Assembly: GCA_976226885.1 (NCBI GenBank)
Contig: OZ320313.1
Coordinates: forward strand, 60,946,001-61,010,000
DNA from: Iphione sp. A-MEVVRFRX5
Taxonomy: Eukaryota
Reading direction: 5' to 3'
Length of the DNA stretch: 64,000 nt
How positions within the stretch are numbered: position 1 is the stretch's first letter; each line of letters opens with the position of its first letter. Below are positions 51,230-64,000 of this stretch, piece by piece. The translations under genes were made by a program, and so were the position numbers. The notes under the pieces were generated by a model. That model made no database searches. It was not told where the DNA came from and worked only from the letters and a program-made list of their open reading frames with translations.

Positions 51230-51407
51230 CAGTGAAGTCTCTATTTCCGACCACATCAATTTCCGACCATTCCCTATTTCAGACCACCTCAGAAGGGTAC
51301 CACAATGCTAATTTCTATTACATTGGATACTCTATTTACAACCAAATTTGCCATTATGACCATTTAAGCTTGGAACAGAGTGGTGGTCGTAAACAGAGAC
51401 TTCACTG
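51230..51407. mobile_element. Tc1/mariner (pogo-like) MITE with TA target-site duplication
   Basis: ta|cagtgaagtctctatttccgaccac ... gtggtcgtaaacagagacttcactg|ta. The 25-bp terminal inverted repeats match at 23 of 25 positions; TA at 51228-51229 and 51408-51409; subterminal gacca repeats. Confidence 0.92.
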
Positions 51408-54400
51408 TATAATATCATCCGTGTTTGCTGTTGAAATAAAGGATGCAGATTTCTGTAGTCGCATTCTCCGCTATAAGCTCACCTCGATCCTGTTGCACTA
51501 TACATTCCCTTCCTTTGTTTTGTATACAATGCTTTCCTTGTTATGTGTTTCGCGCTAGCGTAATGAATTAAAAGAATCGGCCGCGTCATAGCAATTGTTC
51601 ATTCAAAGGGCACTGCAGTGTCTACAGTGTTATGAATATGTTTTTATGTCTGCCTACCACGCATCTCTATCTAGAAATCGACTCTAAAGCCTAAATTAGA
51701 CATACACAGCAAAATAATAAGTGCAAAATGATGAGCAGAAGTTTTCTTCCCGTTGTATCATCCTTCCCTTGCTTTTTTGCGTTCTTTACTAAGACCGGGT
51801 GAATAAGACTTTAAATATTCATCATCGCCCCACCTGGCCTACTTTTACAGTTGGTTATAGTGTGAAAATAAATATCGAATGCCGACCGCCTTTATCATTT
51901 ATTCAATTATAAAGGAGAGGAACAAAAACTCGAATATTGAAAGAAAGTCTAGAGACGTGTTCTGCCTGGCCTTGTGGACGAGTAGTCGTTAGAAGGGTGC
52001 TCAGTTTGGACATTGCATCAGGCGACGAGGATCGCTTATAATCTCCAGAGACCGCTTGAATACCCGCCTGGATCAATCTTGACGTGTGAGATAATCCTTA
52101 AGAGGGGTTGAAGGGGTTAATCCTCTTGAGGGTCCCATGACTGCGTCTCCACCAGTAAACAAGAAAGAGTTAAAAGTGGAAGAGGGACCATCATGGCTGT
52201 GAAAGAGTGGAACTGCATACTGAAATTATTTTGGCTTTAAAATGTGTGCGAAAGACAATGTATGCAGCGGCCATCATGTCTTTCGAGTTATTAGATTTAC
52301 GAAGGATATTCACGAAATTTAGATATGAAATACACATTTATTCTCCTGATTTCTAATTACCTCCGAAATGATATTCGGCATGAACCATATACAACGGGGA
52401 TCATTTAAGAGATAATCCTTACCTGCACCAGTGTGCCAACTTGTTACTGAACCTTTTTCTTCTACTTGTAAGCTCTCCGAGCCATTGCTGCTTGATTTCT
52501 TTCAAGATCCACCCTAAGGCTTTTCGAGATCATATATCTGTAGGAAAATGATTAACAAATAAACCACTCCAAAAGTGGCCCAAAAATATTCGAAATGCGA
52601 TACAAGCAATTTCATGGACTAAGCTCCAGACATGGCCCGGTAGTTGACGGGACATGAAATATGATATTGCAGCCTAATGATGACTTTTCCTCTTCCTCCC
52701 AGAGTGAGAAGAGATTGGATCGACACTGTTTCGATTGAAGTTACTGAAGTCGTTTAAAATACAAATGAAAAAGCTTTTTTTAGTCATGAAAGCACTCACA
52801 TATAAGTTTGTCTTAACACTATCATGTTCTCCTTGGTTTGATTTAAGTTTCCCTGCTTCCTTTATGTCGCTCATCGCAAATGAGATAAGATAAATGTTTA
52901 TTTCATAAGAGAATGTCTACAAAAAAAGATGTCGACTTTAGAATCACCCTGGTTTTAAGGAATTTCATTCAATTTCATTAGTGTTTCTTGCAATGTTAAG
53001 CTGTATCCCTGCAGCAAAAAGAATTCAGTATTCTTTGATTCACTTGTATATTGGTTGTTATCACATTTTGGGAATTCGGTATTCGAATCCTGACTGTACT
53101 TTGAGTTCCAATTGGTTCTAGATTCCAAAAACAGTATTATACCAGTAAGGCAGAGGGTGTTAATAAATGTCCAGGATAACTACAATAGAAATGTCCTGAG
53201 TTCTAGTAAAATGTGCCATTCCCTTCAAAATACATGTACGGTGTGCATAAAAAAATTCTTAAAACAAGATGTCCTAGCCCAACAATCTTCAACAATACGC
53301 TGTCAAACCCCTAAACACGATAAACTTTCCGCTTACCAAAGTGGTTCTAAGTGGTGGCGTCAATAAAGGTGTGACTCTATGGTCTTTTTGTTACCTTAGA
53401 ACAGAAAACCGGTGCGATGGCTGAAAAAAAAATCTCATAAAAACACCTTGCACAGATCCTTTCTGAAAACCAGTTCAATATCAGTAACGCAATCTAGGCA
53501 GATGGATTCTGACGCATGTATTCCAAGAACAGTTGCAGCACGTTTTTACCTCTAGATTTATACTGATGATGGTGATGGATGGTGGTTCCTGAAAAGGAGG
53601 CTGCTAACCTCCACGCGTTAGCTTTTAAATACACAAAACCATGGTCAGGGTAAAAAATAACCCTTCTGCCTTACGCTTCCAAAGGCGGGATAGCGAAAGA
53701 CTTTTGCGATTAAGCGAAACCGGTACTATTCTAGTGATATCGGTAATACCATTACAGTCAAAGATGCGTCAACGTAGACTGGTAGAGGTAGATTGGGTCA
53801 TCCGAAAGATGTTTTTTTCCAAGAAAAGGCAAAGGCCGTAAGAAAATGTTACATTATATACAACGTGTATGCGTGCTAATTGAGATATCATTGGACTGCC
53901 ACATGTCCTCTGTAACCTGAAAGGTTTTCTTGGTAAGTGTTGCGCCAGCAGTGGTGCCGACCAAAAACCTCAGACAGATGTATCGAGTCTTCCCGGCGAT
54001 ACGTCAGAAAGAACACAGTAAATCTCAAACATGGGGACAAGAAGAGATAATTCATGATCTAGAAAGGTCTCTAGACACCTGTGCGATTTGTTGAACCACA
54101 GAATGCACTTTTAGGGTAAAGGTGATATTTGCATGACAACACGTATCGTTAACAGCAGACATGAAGATAAACGAATAACAGATGCGATGTACTCGAGGGA
54201 TGTTGTTCTATTCCAAGAATTTTTCAGTTTTACGTGTGTCGGTAGTGTAGATCTATTCGTTAAATGATATCCTGCTGTAGGTTTGTTTTCCGACACACCA
54301 AGAGACTTGCATGTGCTAGAATTAGGACTCAAACTGAACAATATGCGACGTCTTGCCGAAAGGCGAAAGTGCCATAGACAAACCCATGTTGACAGCTAAA

Positions 54401-55749
54401 GGTTTTCGTTATGCTATTTACTGTCAACGTCAGAACGTGTTAACTATTGACATGCATTCAACACCTTGAGTGGTCGTTGAAATAGAGAAACGATGATACC
54501 AATACTGACACAGACTATTATTTAGATAGAAATCGTTATGTAAAGGTAGGCTCATAATACGTAAAAGGCCACCGAATGGCATTGAATAGTGACATAAAGA
54601 AAGATCGTATTTTCATAATGCCGAACCTTTCTGACGGAGATACAATACCATAGATCGCACCAACAAAGAAGCAAAATGGTTTAAGGCGACCAAGGTAGTC
54701 ATCCATGGTCAGCTAAAGGGAGAAGCCTACATGGTTTTATATCAAACGCAAATTCCTCTCTTTATCTGTTAGAATGGGTGAAAATGTTCTCATCTGAGTT
54801 CACTGTCTCATTTCAGAAAAAAATAATGCATTCATTACGATGAAATCTATTACTCCTAGTTAAATGTTAAAAATTCATGGCATGAATATGAAAATATAAC
54901 CGATAAAACATAATGGATTAGATCTGGTAAATCTATTCTAAATTTTCAAGAAAAAGGCTCCCTTTATACAATTTGGATTTGGAGACTGCACGATGCTTTA
55001 CGTTGTGTCTGCCGATCGGGTCACATTGTGTAGGATTTCGGCGAGAAAGAAATCAGAGGTGGCTATCAAACGCAATTCGTCATTGATTTGAGCTAGTCAG
55101 GCAATCGCTCATCATGCAAACGGAAGTGGAATCTTTAATCAGCCCATCCTTTTAATTAGGTCGCGGAAAGAAGTATGGTTCTTTGAATAAATCGCTTAAC
55201 TTTGTAAGCAGTACGCATTACTTCGACACAAAAACCACCTGCTAAATAATGAGTTCATATCATCGTGCCATTTGCACTTACAAAGCAACTCTTATTTTGA
55301 ACCGAGTTTTGTCGTTTGTATTGATTTTCAATTCACTTCATGTAGTATGCGTCTATGGGCCCGAAGTTATGTGTAGTCAGGAGGGGGATGCATGCGTCAA
55401 TGAAAAAAACAGGGCTCGTTCTGATATGACACGCGCACATCGGCACACCCTGCATCCCACATACACTGGACTCATCTTGTAAATTCTGGATGTGTCGGAA
55501 ATTGTCAAATGCACGCACACATATGTAATAAATGGTGTATATATTTGTATAGGTACCAATGCATACGATTCGATTGTACTATACGAGTATATGTAAGCAT
55601 CGTGTTCCATGGGTTGTTATCCTCAATCAAAGTCAATGATATGAAAATGTGTCCACCCCGCTGCGGTATTTGTCTTCTATCTTTGGTGATTGATACCTAT
55701 GATAGAAAAACTGTATGAAGTGCAACGTAAGGTATTTATCTCCATTCAG

Positions 55750-56850
55750 TATGAAAAGTACGATGATTTTGGAGGAATATTGTGATATATTGAAGGATTC
55801 CTCTCAAGGAGTGGATTTGGAGGGACGCGTGTGTCGTATGGAGTCCATGTTGGGTACTGTCTTGTTGGAATTGGAGGAGAGGTCCCAAACAAACACCTAG
55901 AGAAATGAAGAAACTGGTAATGGTATTGGTGCAACACCTTCTGCTGCTTCAACTTGTGGATCTTCTAGTGGTAAACGCTTATTGTTGCTGACTGACAGAG
56001 GTGAGGATGACGGCAGTACCTCTTCCTATTGATCGAGTGATAGCAGTACATAGGCAGGGGGCGTTTTTTTCTCATGGAAGAATTTAAGGAAAACAAGTAA
56101 GAATTCTGGAGGAAGAGAAGGATTTTTGTGATTATTAAGCTGGCTAAGGTGAAGAAAGTAGAGAAATTCGACCTGCTCGTGTTTGGCTCTTCAGGTCATA
56201 GAAAAGATCGTCAAAGAATTTGTTGTGTGTCGTTATATAGACCATCTGAGGTTCTTGGCAAGTAGGAAAGGCAAGAACAGGTAGCATCTATCTTCGTTAA
56301 TGCAGAGATTCATACTAAAGCTGAGAATAGGGATAGTCTTTCTCTAGATTTGGGAATGACGATGTAATTAGAGACCTATTACAAGTTTCAAACTATGAAT
56401 GCTAAAAAGGACCATATTCCAAAAGCCAGTGTGTTTGTGTATATACTACTGGAGTAAGAGGAAACCAGAACTTGATGATGGGATTGATTTTGATGATTTC
56501 AAACATTCTACTAGAATATTTTTTAATGATTTATACCTATCTACTAATAACAGTTAGGGCTGAAATCTGACCCTTTGTTGGCCGATTCGCCATTACTGAG
56601 TGTGAATAAACAAATATTAGGGTATTAATGCCCAGATTCACGCTGAGAAAAGAGGAAACATTTTCAAAGGGAAACCTTCTGCATAATAAGAAGAACCATT
56701 CGGAAAAAAATTGTTACTGCAGGAATATCGGTATGTAATGTGAACAGCTCTAACTTTAGACACAGTTGTTTAGTGTTTGACGATGGTAACCACCGTAGAT
56801 TGGGTAGTGTAAGAGCTTTAATAACAATAGCGATAACAGAGCAGTAAGAT
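55750..56850 (+). mobile_element. Possible decayed DIRS-like (tyrosine-recombinase retrotransposon) gag-like ORF1
   Basis: One frame runs 55751 to about 56280 with scattered stops: a coiled-coil-like RVCRMESMLGTVLLELEER, an S/G-rich spacer, then RYIDHLRFLASRKG. By frameshift it continues AEIHTKAENR...FGNDD, and later KNCYCRNIG / CNVNSSNFRHSCLVFDDGNHRR (about 56700-56800), resembling the Cys/His C-terminal motif of invertebrate DIRS ORF1. Based on remembered patterns only. Confidence 0.35.
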
Positions 56851-59800
56851 GAATAACAAGGATTTATATGGCCCAGTCAATGCTTACATGACGAATTTGT
56901 GGTATTTGGATAATGGGTTCTTACGTAATTACGAGAACTTAGTGGTAACCGAGTCAGTGATACTAGATTTGTCAGGAAAGAAGCCATGTTACAAGGAGGT
57001 GAATCGTATTACCAATGCTCGCTCATGTGAGTAATGATTGGAGGGGTAAAATCGTTTCTTAGGCATGGTAGGTTCTTAAAACACTGCTTCGGCAGCGAAT
57101 AACCTGTAGTCGATAAATTCACTCACTGATTAATATTATAAAACTACGAAAATATTGGTTAACGTCAGTCAATTTTAACGGCAAAATATGTTCTGGGCAA
57201 CGTTTTTCCTTTGTATTAAACTCATTATTATGGTAGAAAAACCAATAATCATAGTTGAAGGAATTATACTTGTTGTTGAAGGGTCAACTAAATTATTGAT
57301 TAAAATAACTCATTTTCATCAAACAACAAAATCGGATGTGATTTTGGAGTTACATCACTACACTGTCTGTCGCTGTAGTTGTTCCCAGGATAGAATAATT
57401 TTAGTAGCTATATACATGTACATTATTACATTATCTTCCCTCTTCTTTTGGCAAGAAATTATTGGTGGGAGAGTTTTCAAAAAACCAAGGTGATTCTAAA
57501 AACGAGGAGCACTGGATGATATTTTTAAATGATTCACACAAAATATTTGTTGAAATAACTAATTTGGACTAACAGTTGAAGTCAACCAATATTGAATTCA
57601 GTGGATTTGAATTGATTTTATTAACCATTTCCGGATACAATCATTTTTTTATGTTTAACAACAAATGTGCAGTTTACAACAAAAGTGCAATTGGTAAACA
57701 AAAATACACGAAGAGAAGCGTTGATACAGGGCAGGCATTAAAGTTGAGGCCTGTTCAAATAAATACAGTAAAATAGTGTAAAGATCTATTATATTCACAT
57801 CAGTTGAGATACACCTTCAATACTAACACTACAAAGAGAATATACAAGACATAGGCAGTACCATAACATGGTATGTCGTCACAAAAATGTGGAATGCTGC
57901 AGTAAAAGTGATGCCTGAACATGAATCTCACAGTCAGTTAGCACATGCAAACATTTTGGGATGACCTCTGGCAAAATGTTACTACGACATGGACTTACAA
58001 TTGTAAGTTTAGTGGAAAACAGGGAATGACCAGTCTTCAGAAGGCAAAATTAGTGATTACAGGCATTATTCTTTAGTAGGCTATTTATACAAAAGTGCGT
58101 CTTATAACACTACAAGTGGTTTTGACTAAATAAGATCCCCTATCCCCTACCCGAGAATAAGATTGCTAATAGTAGAAGCTTTGAACTTTTGACTGCTAGC
58201 CTGCGTCCAACATGGGAGACAACAACAGGAGCTATGGCATGGAAATAAAATATTTATACTAGCAGTTAAAGGCTAGGAATAAGCCAGGGTTCCCCCTTCC
58301 CTATCCCTCGCAGACAGCAAAATATAAATTTGAAGGAAATTATTACCCCCCCCCCCGTGGTGAGCATTGCAGAAGCCCCTTTGACTAGTCATAAGAGCAG
58401 GAAGAAGGTGAATAGCACTTGTTTTTCATTGAAGCAGACTTGGTAGGCTATGCATAGCTCATCTTAGCCTAGCATAAGTGCAGCACCAGATCATTGGTGA
58501 ATTACCCATTGGTCCATGTTTAAGACATGTAGACTTCATGCCAGATTAACTTATACCCCAACTGGGTGGGGCTACCAAATTAGGTTGTATGCTTTTCACA
58601 CACCTGTTGGTTGGAGAAACAAGTAAGGAAACACTATAATTCTGTTTAATCAATGAACAGTAAGTTCCAGTGGTGTTAGCCACTGTGTAGTAGCCCGCCA
58701 ATTTACATAGCCTAAGTTTGCACTTGGAACAGGAATGGGCAACCCAACTTTCTGCTGTGATGGGGTTCAGAGGTCAGGTACTAATTGACAGTCATTGGCA
58801 ATTCCATCAATGGTAACATCAATCTTCTTAAGACACAGTATGTGACACAGGCAGTGTCTCGGCCGAGCATGGATGACCACAATTAACAGGCAAGAACATT
58901 AATGACTACTGTAAACATGACGTTCCTTGGCCTTGACAGACAGTGGTAATTCACTCCATGTTTATTCTGCTTTGTAACACAATGAGGAGGCAAACCAACT
59001 GCTAACGGGCCTAGGAACCATTCCTCACCAGTGCTCACTATTACAAGTCTTAGTCCTGGCAGAAACTGTGATTAGGCCAAGACTCATTTGGCAATGTATT
59101 GCATCTAGAATGTGTACAGTGGCTGACAGGATAGAAACGAATCTGTCTGGAGTGCCGCGTGGGCACAGCATTTTATGTGGATTTGGAGTCTTATTTTGTC
59201 TGAGGCAGAGAGGCCGTAAAATGTCACTGCGTGATAATTCATATGGTCGATGATTTGAACCTGAAAGATCAGTAATCTTCCTTCAGTCTCCCTAATATTA
59301 GAACCACACCCCATCCTCATCTGGCAATTGAGGTTTTCCTTGAACTGAAGCCTGCTGTCAATGGTGTCGGCCAATAATTGATGCATCACTATAGCATCAT
59401 TAAGCAATACCCACTCATCATATGACATATTCTAGCCAGTCAATTTTGGCAGTTTTGTCAACAGTGGCCATACTTCTTTCGTGCAATTTTCTATTGGTAA
59501 CATCATTGATAAAGTATCAATGAAGCAATTTTTGTATTGAATATATAGATTTGTGTCCATACAGTTACACAACAAGACCGTGTAATGACGTCTGACCATC
59601 ATTCCTTTACTACTGTTGCATACACTGTTCAAAATCAAAAAAGGTTTCCAGTCAGCATCAGTGTACAGTATTTTCTCATATACTTGGAAAATATAGAGGC
59701 ATCACCATGTTTTCAGTGGATATATGTCCATAGATTAACATAACAGTTATGTAATGATATGTAACAATCATTATTTTGATATGGTCGTATAAAATGTTAA

Positions 59801-60376
59801 AATAGAAAATTCCTACTCTCAAAAATCATAGTACTGTATTGTTTTACTTATTTTGGAGCATATGTACCAATGTGTATTCATTTTCTCAATGGACAACATG
59901 GTAGGGCTAAGTGTGCTTTATTGAAAAGGCAGCAGGTACAACTCACTAAATGTAATCAAACCAGCATGTGTGAGCAGCAGTGTCGCTTGAATGTTATCTG
60001 CACAGATTGGCCTTTTGTTACATGTGACATTAACTGCATTGCATCATTGGCTGAAGAAGTTTTCAATTGACACATCGCTGCGTGGCAGGATGCCATGTTT
60101 TACAGTCACAATATCTGTCAATCAAAGTGTTCCATAGCCAATGTATATGAGAAAGTGCAGTACACTGATGCTGTAACTAGAAACCTTTCATCTAAACTTT
60201 GAACAGTGTACATGACCATAGTGAAAGTATGACTGTCACATTGAGATGGGTGGGCGTGGCTACATGACAGTATGGCAATGTGTCAGTTGACAGGTATTGT
60301 GACAATATAATATCTCGACATGTCACACAATGATGCATCAATTTAGTGGTGGTCTTGGTGTAAGGTCTTTTGATTA

Positions 60377-60595
60377 AGAGTTAAGTGGTACTTCTGTTGC
60401 TTGCCCCAGTGGAAGGCAGGCACATTTTCTGTCACTGAATATCAGCCCTTCCTTCTTGCACCAAGTAGAGATGCTTATGATGACCTGTGTAGCGGCTCTG
60501 CGTATTTGAAGCAATTCCTTGGCATGCACAACAACTGAAAGGTCATCAACATATAAGACCGGTTTAACACCTTTGGGTAGTGTATGGACAACTGT
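60377..60595 (-). mobile_element. Non-LTR retrotransposon reverse-transcriptase fragment (catalytic YxDD region)
   Basis: Open 73-codon frame TVVHTLPKGVKPVLYVDDLSVVVHAKELLQIRRAATQVIISISTWCKKEGLIFSDRKCACLPLGQATEVPLNS. YVDD at 60553-60542, followed by the W....GL.FS..K motif typical of LINE RT. Bounded by stops, with no upstream GVPQG. Confidence 0.75.
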
Positions 60596-63500
60596 CTAAA
60601 TGTTTTCTTTGTTGAATGATGTATTCCTGAACAGAACCATTGACGAGAATTGGTATCTTTGCAGTGTATGTATATGGGGATTTCCTTTATTCCTGAGAAT
60701 GTCTAAACAAGACAATCTATTTAATGAGAAAAGGTGTATTCCCTATGGTAAGGCTGCATAGAGTACGTTGTTCTGATTAAACAAGTGCCTTTTTCAGTAA
60801 TCTGTAATTTATTGAACATATTTCAAACGTGTGTCCCTGCAGGACTGTAATAAATGTTACCTTCCCTCAAGATTGATGGACAATCATTATCAAACTGACT
60901 TATGTTCTGGAAGTGTTTGGTAAGAAATCCTATTTGAATATCCTAGCTGGGGTAAGTTGCCTCGCAGCGAATGAGGAATCCCGCTGAAGTGTCCACACGC
61001 TTTCGATGCTGCTTGTAGTTACTGTGTACACATCTATTATCGCCCGCCTTAGACCTGTTCGCTCAATTAAGCGCTACTCGTCCTTGAAGCTAGGTGGTTT
61101 ATTGGTCACCTGCTAATGGAATCGATTGGCTCTTCTCACCTGGGGGTTTCTCACCTGGAGCGGCACAATCAATATTAGATCAAAGGCACCGTCTTACCAA
61201 GCCACATTCATGGTTTTATACACCTGGATACATAAAAGCAAACGTTGTTTGTATGCCCAAAATTCGTCTTCCTCTTATGGATATGACAAAAACATTATGT
61301 AACTAATTAATTTGAATACTCTAGACTGCATGTAAATAATATGCATTTCGTAGCTTGCAAATATCGTTTCAAATGTTTCACTTATTACTGTTTACACTTT
61401 AAATGTCTATATAAAGAATTACAATGTGAAATGCGCCTTGCTAAAGACATTAAGACATTTTGTCAGATATAAATATATTTTTTTCATTCAGTCGGAAATT
61501 TATTTTATTATGGTTGCAACTATGCACCGAATTTCGTCCCGTAAGAATATTAAAACACAGCATGAATTATTTGAAATGACAACGGTTCGACTTTATGGTT
61601 CCCGATGGTATTTGCTGTAACGACGTTCCTCCGCAGGTTTTCGTTAAACGCTGACATCCTTGCTTAATTGATTTCCTATTAGTGACAGACGAGCCACACT
61701 GCAAGCAGACTGTCGTAGTTTGCAGGACACAGTGCCCTGATTTTTGCCAGGCAAAAGCTAGGATTCGGATTTTCTCAGCTGACAGAAGAATACTGACTAC
61801 AGATTTCATTGGTAATTCAGGCTGAAATTTATGTCCGTTCTTCTTAAGCAAGGGGAAATTTCGATTTTCAGCAAACGAAGTCGGCAACATTGGCTAACGG
61901 TTGGCGATAGCTTTCAGGTAAAAAGGATGAACGAAATGATGTCCAAAGAGAATCTTCCTGAAGAACGTATTCTTTGTCACTCAGCAAGTTTCCCCTTCTT
62001 ATATGTAAAACACAATAAAAGGACTGTTTGGTCGCTGTAGAACATAAGAATCAAATTTTTAAATTCTGGCAAGTGGAAAATCGAATACCGTGTTGAACGA
62101 CCGACAATGAAAGATCACGGGCCGGACTATCCAAATACATGTACAGAAGCAACTCGATTTCGACTGACCAAATATGGTACCTGTTATATCGTGAAGTAAC
62201 GTAATCCAATTTTTTTTTAATTATAGACGTGCTAAATATTGAGTTCATAACAAAAAAACACGTAGGATGTATAATGAAGTCATTTAAGAAAAAGCAAACG
62301 GCCTCAAAATTGGAGGTTTAGCACCATCCTGCCTGCTGCTATATTCTGATTTGTTTCGAGAGATCACGTTATTTTCTCTGGATTCTATCACGTCAGCAGC
62401 TGTATAGAGCCCTCCATAATGCATACATCTTTTTGACATATTAGAATATTGTGTGGAAGTTAGATCCAAATTACATATATCCTTTTTAAACATCCTTAGC
62501 TTTCACACCTCGTATATTGTCTAGATATCCTTTAAATGTCCTTGTGGGAGAAAAGCCCTTTCCCTCAGCACCATGAAAGATTCAGTAGACAATACATTCG
62601 ACTCTACATTTGTGCGCTAAGATATACGGAGTTATGGCCTAATTGTATAAGCAAGAGTGTATTCGATGAAAAAAAAACATGAAAACATGTTCATCCGTGG
62701 ACATTCAAGTCACTAGGACAGTTTGTTATTCGTGAACACAGCAGCAGTGGATAATATAATGGAGTTTTACACGCTTGTGGAGGGAAATTACCACAAATAC
62801 AGTTATAGATTGTCTGCGTGCGAGGAACTGTCCAGGCGCAGTTAGCTCAAGCCGATATACCGTCGAGTCCCCGTTCTTTTTAACCATAGCCGTTGCATAT
62901 TCAAATAAAATTATGTTTGCTGCTGTCCGAGGTAGGGGAATAACATGGATTAGGCTATGATTTATCAAGATACTGCTTCACCACATACAGCGGTGGTAGA
63001 CCGCAATGAAGCGCGGTATCAGTCGGGGTCAATCCTTTCTAGAACAGAGCATCAACTTGTACCTGGATAAACTAAATCTAATGCTGCAATAGCAGTCACC
63101 ACCTTGTACATGGAGGTCCGGGAACGTAATATCAGTATAGGAAGAAATGAACCGTTATTATTTTATTATAAGGGTCCATTCGACCAAGGTAGGGGCTTAA
63201 GGTTGAAATCGTTAAGTTGCTCGGAATTTTGTTACTGATTCCTGAGAGAAGCCGTGGCGTGTACCAGGTCAGCATAACTATTTGCTTGTTTTCAAAGGAA
63301 GTCATACAAACATGGAAGCAGCAAGCCCTCCGCCAGGAGGTCTTACATACTGTTCACGCGTGTTTGCTACTGATGTGAAACGGAGATGTGGCCAAGCGGT
63401 CGCTGTGGTTACGAGAAAAAAGCCGATGGGCTTTGACATCACTCTTTCTTCTTTTTCCAATCCCTCAGGTTAGCGCTGACACCAGGGGTGCACCTGGTTC

Positions 63501-64000
63501 ATTCCAGTCAGGAACGAGGTTTGTCTGCTGGGTGGCCAGGCCGGTACCGCCTTGATAGGCGTTTGTTAAGGAGGGGATACAGGGGAGTAGGCCGTCCTTA
63601 CCGACCAGCCCGACACAGAGCGTCACCAATTACTCCGCCGCCAGATGTCACCGTCAGCGCTGGCTGCTCCCTTGCGGTGTCCCATGCGCGAGGTAATTAC
63701 GTCGCCGACAGGTGGCGCATGGATAATCGTCGTCTTCGTCCACGTCGGCTGTATTGCTCGCGGCCACGTCGACGAGCTGCCTGTCGGCGAGTGCAGGGCT
63801 GCTCCCTGGGCTTGGCTGTAGCCATATCAACTATCTTCGTCTATTAATAGCGCATCGTACAAACTATTCCCTTTCCCTACATTTTAGTTCTTATCCCTAG
63901 CTCTCATGGAATGTCTCTCGTTGTCCTTCGTCAGCTTGCACACTATAAAGCGGAGTGCCACCCTTTGGAAAGGTCCTCATATTAAACCAAGCTCTCCGGG

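Noticed and set aside
51136-51558. 140-aa ORF
   Set aside because: Reads straight through the TA-flanked MITE at 51230-51407.
54388-54428. 12-bp bulged hairpin gttgacagctaaa...tttactgtcaac
   Set aside because: Short and interrupted; within chance expectation.
59100-59640. Plus-strand SGVPRGHSIL...(Y)VDDL RT-like motifs, or a minus-strand transposase-like frame
   Set aside because: The plus reading needs indels and lacks the YINDL-type motif between them. The minus frame has about as many stops as random sequence. Neither can be supported without a profile search.
62726-62968. Minus-strand FEYAT...YRLE resembling CR1 LEYA..VW...LE
   Set aside because: Too few matching residues to distinguish from chance.

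Overview
Eukaryotic (animal) genomic DNA, roughly 40% GC by eye, from a draft assembly with a 131-N gap at 50822-50952. I cannot support any protein-coding gene, rRNA, tRNA or CRISPR array. All supplied ORFs are short (166 aa or less), match no protein family I recognise, and several simply run through repeats. The window reads as intergenic or deep intronic sequence built largely from decayed transposons. Best supported are non-autonomous DNA transposons (MITEs): a TA-flanked pogo/Tc1-type element at 51230-51407 and a three-copy family with GGC termini and TWA-type target duplications. Also well supported are minisatellite arrays (about 31, 61-62 and 93 bp units), an AG/ACAG microsatellite, and one clear non-LTR reverse-transcriptase fragment with YVDD (60377-60595, minus strand). 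Fainter fossils of LINE, Penelope-like and DIRS-like elements are low confidence and rest on remembered motifs only. The repeat types resemble marine invertebrate genomes, but no species can be assigned. The most interesting unexplained signals are a near-perfect 57-nt hairpin (16060-16116), a tight CRE plus GTCACGTGAC motif cluster (14736-14760), about 7-fold enrichment of TACATGTA (possibly Tc1/mariner excision footprints), a candidate 30-nt microexon and a candidate recursive splice site. I found no convincing novel multi-gene system.
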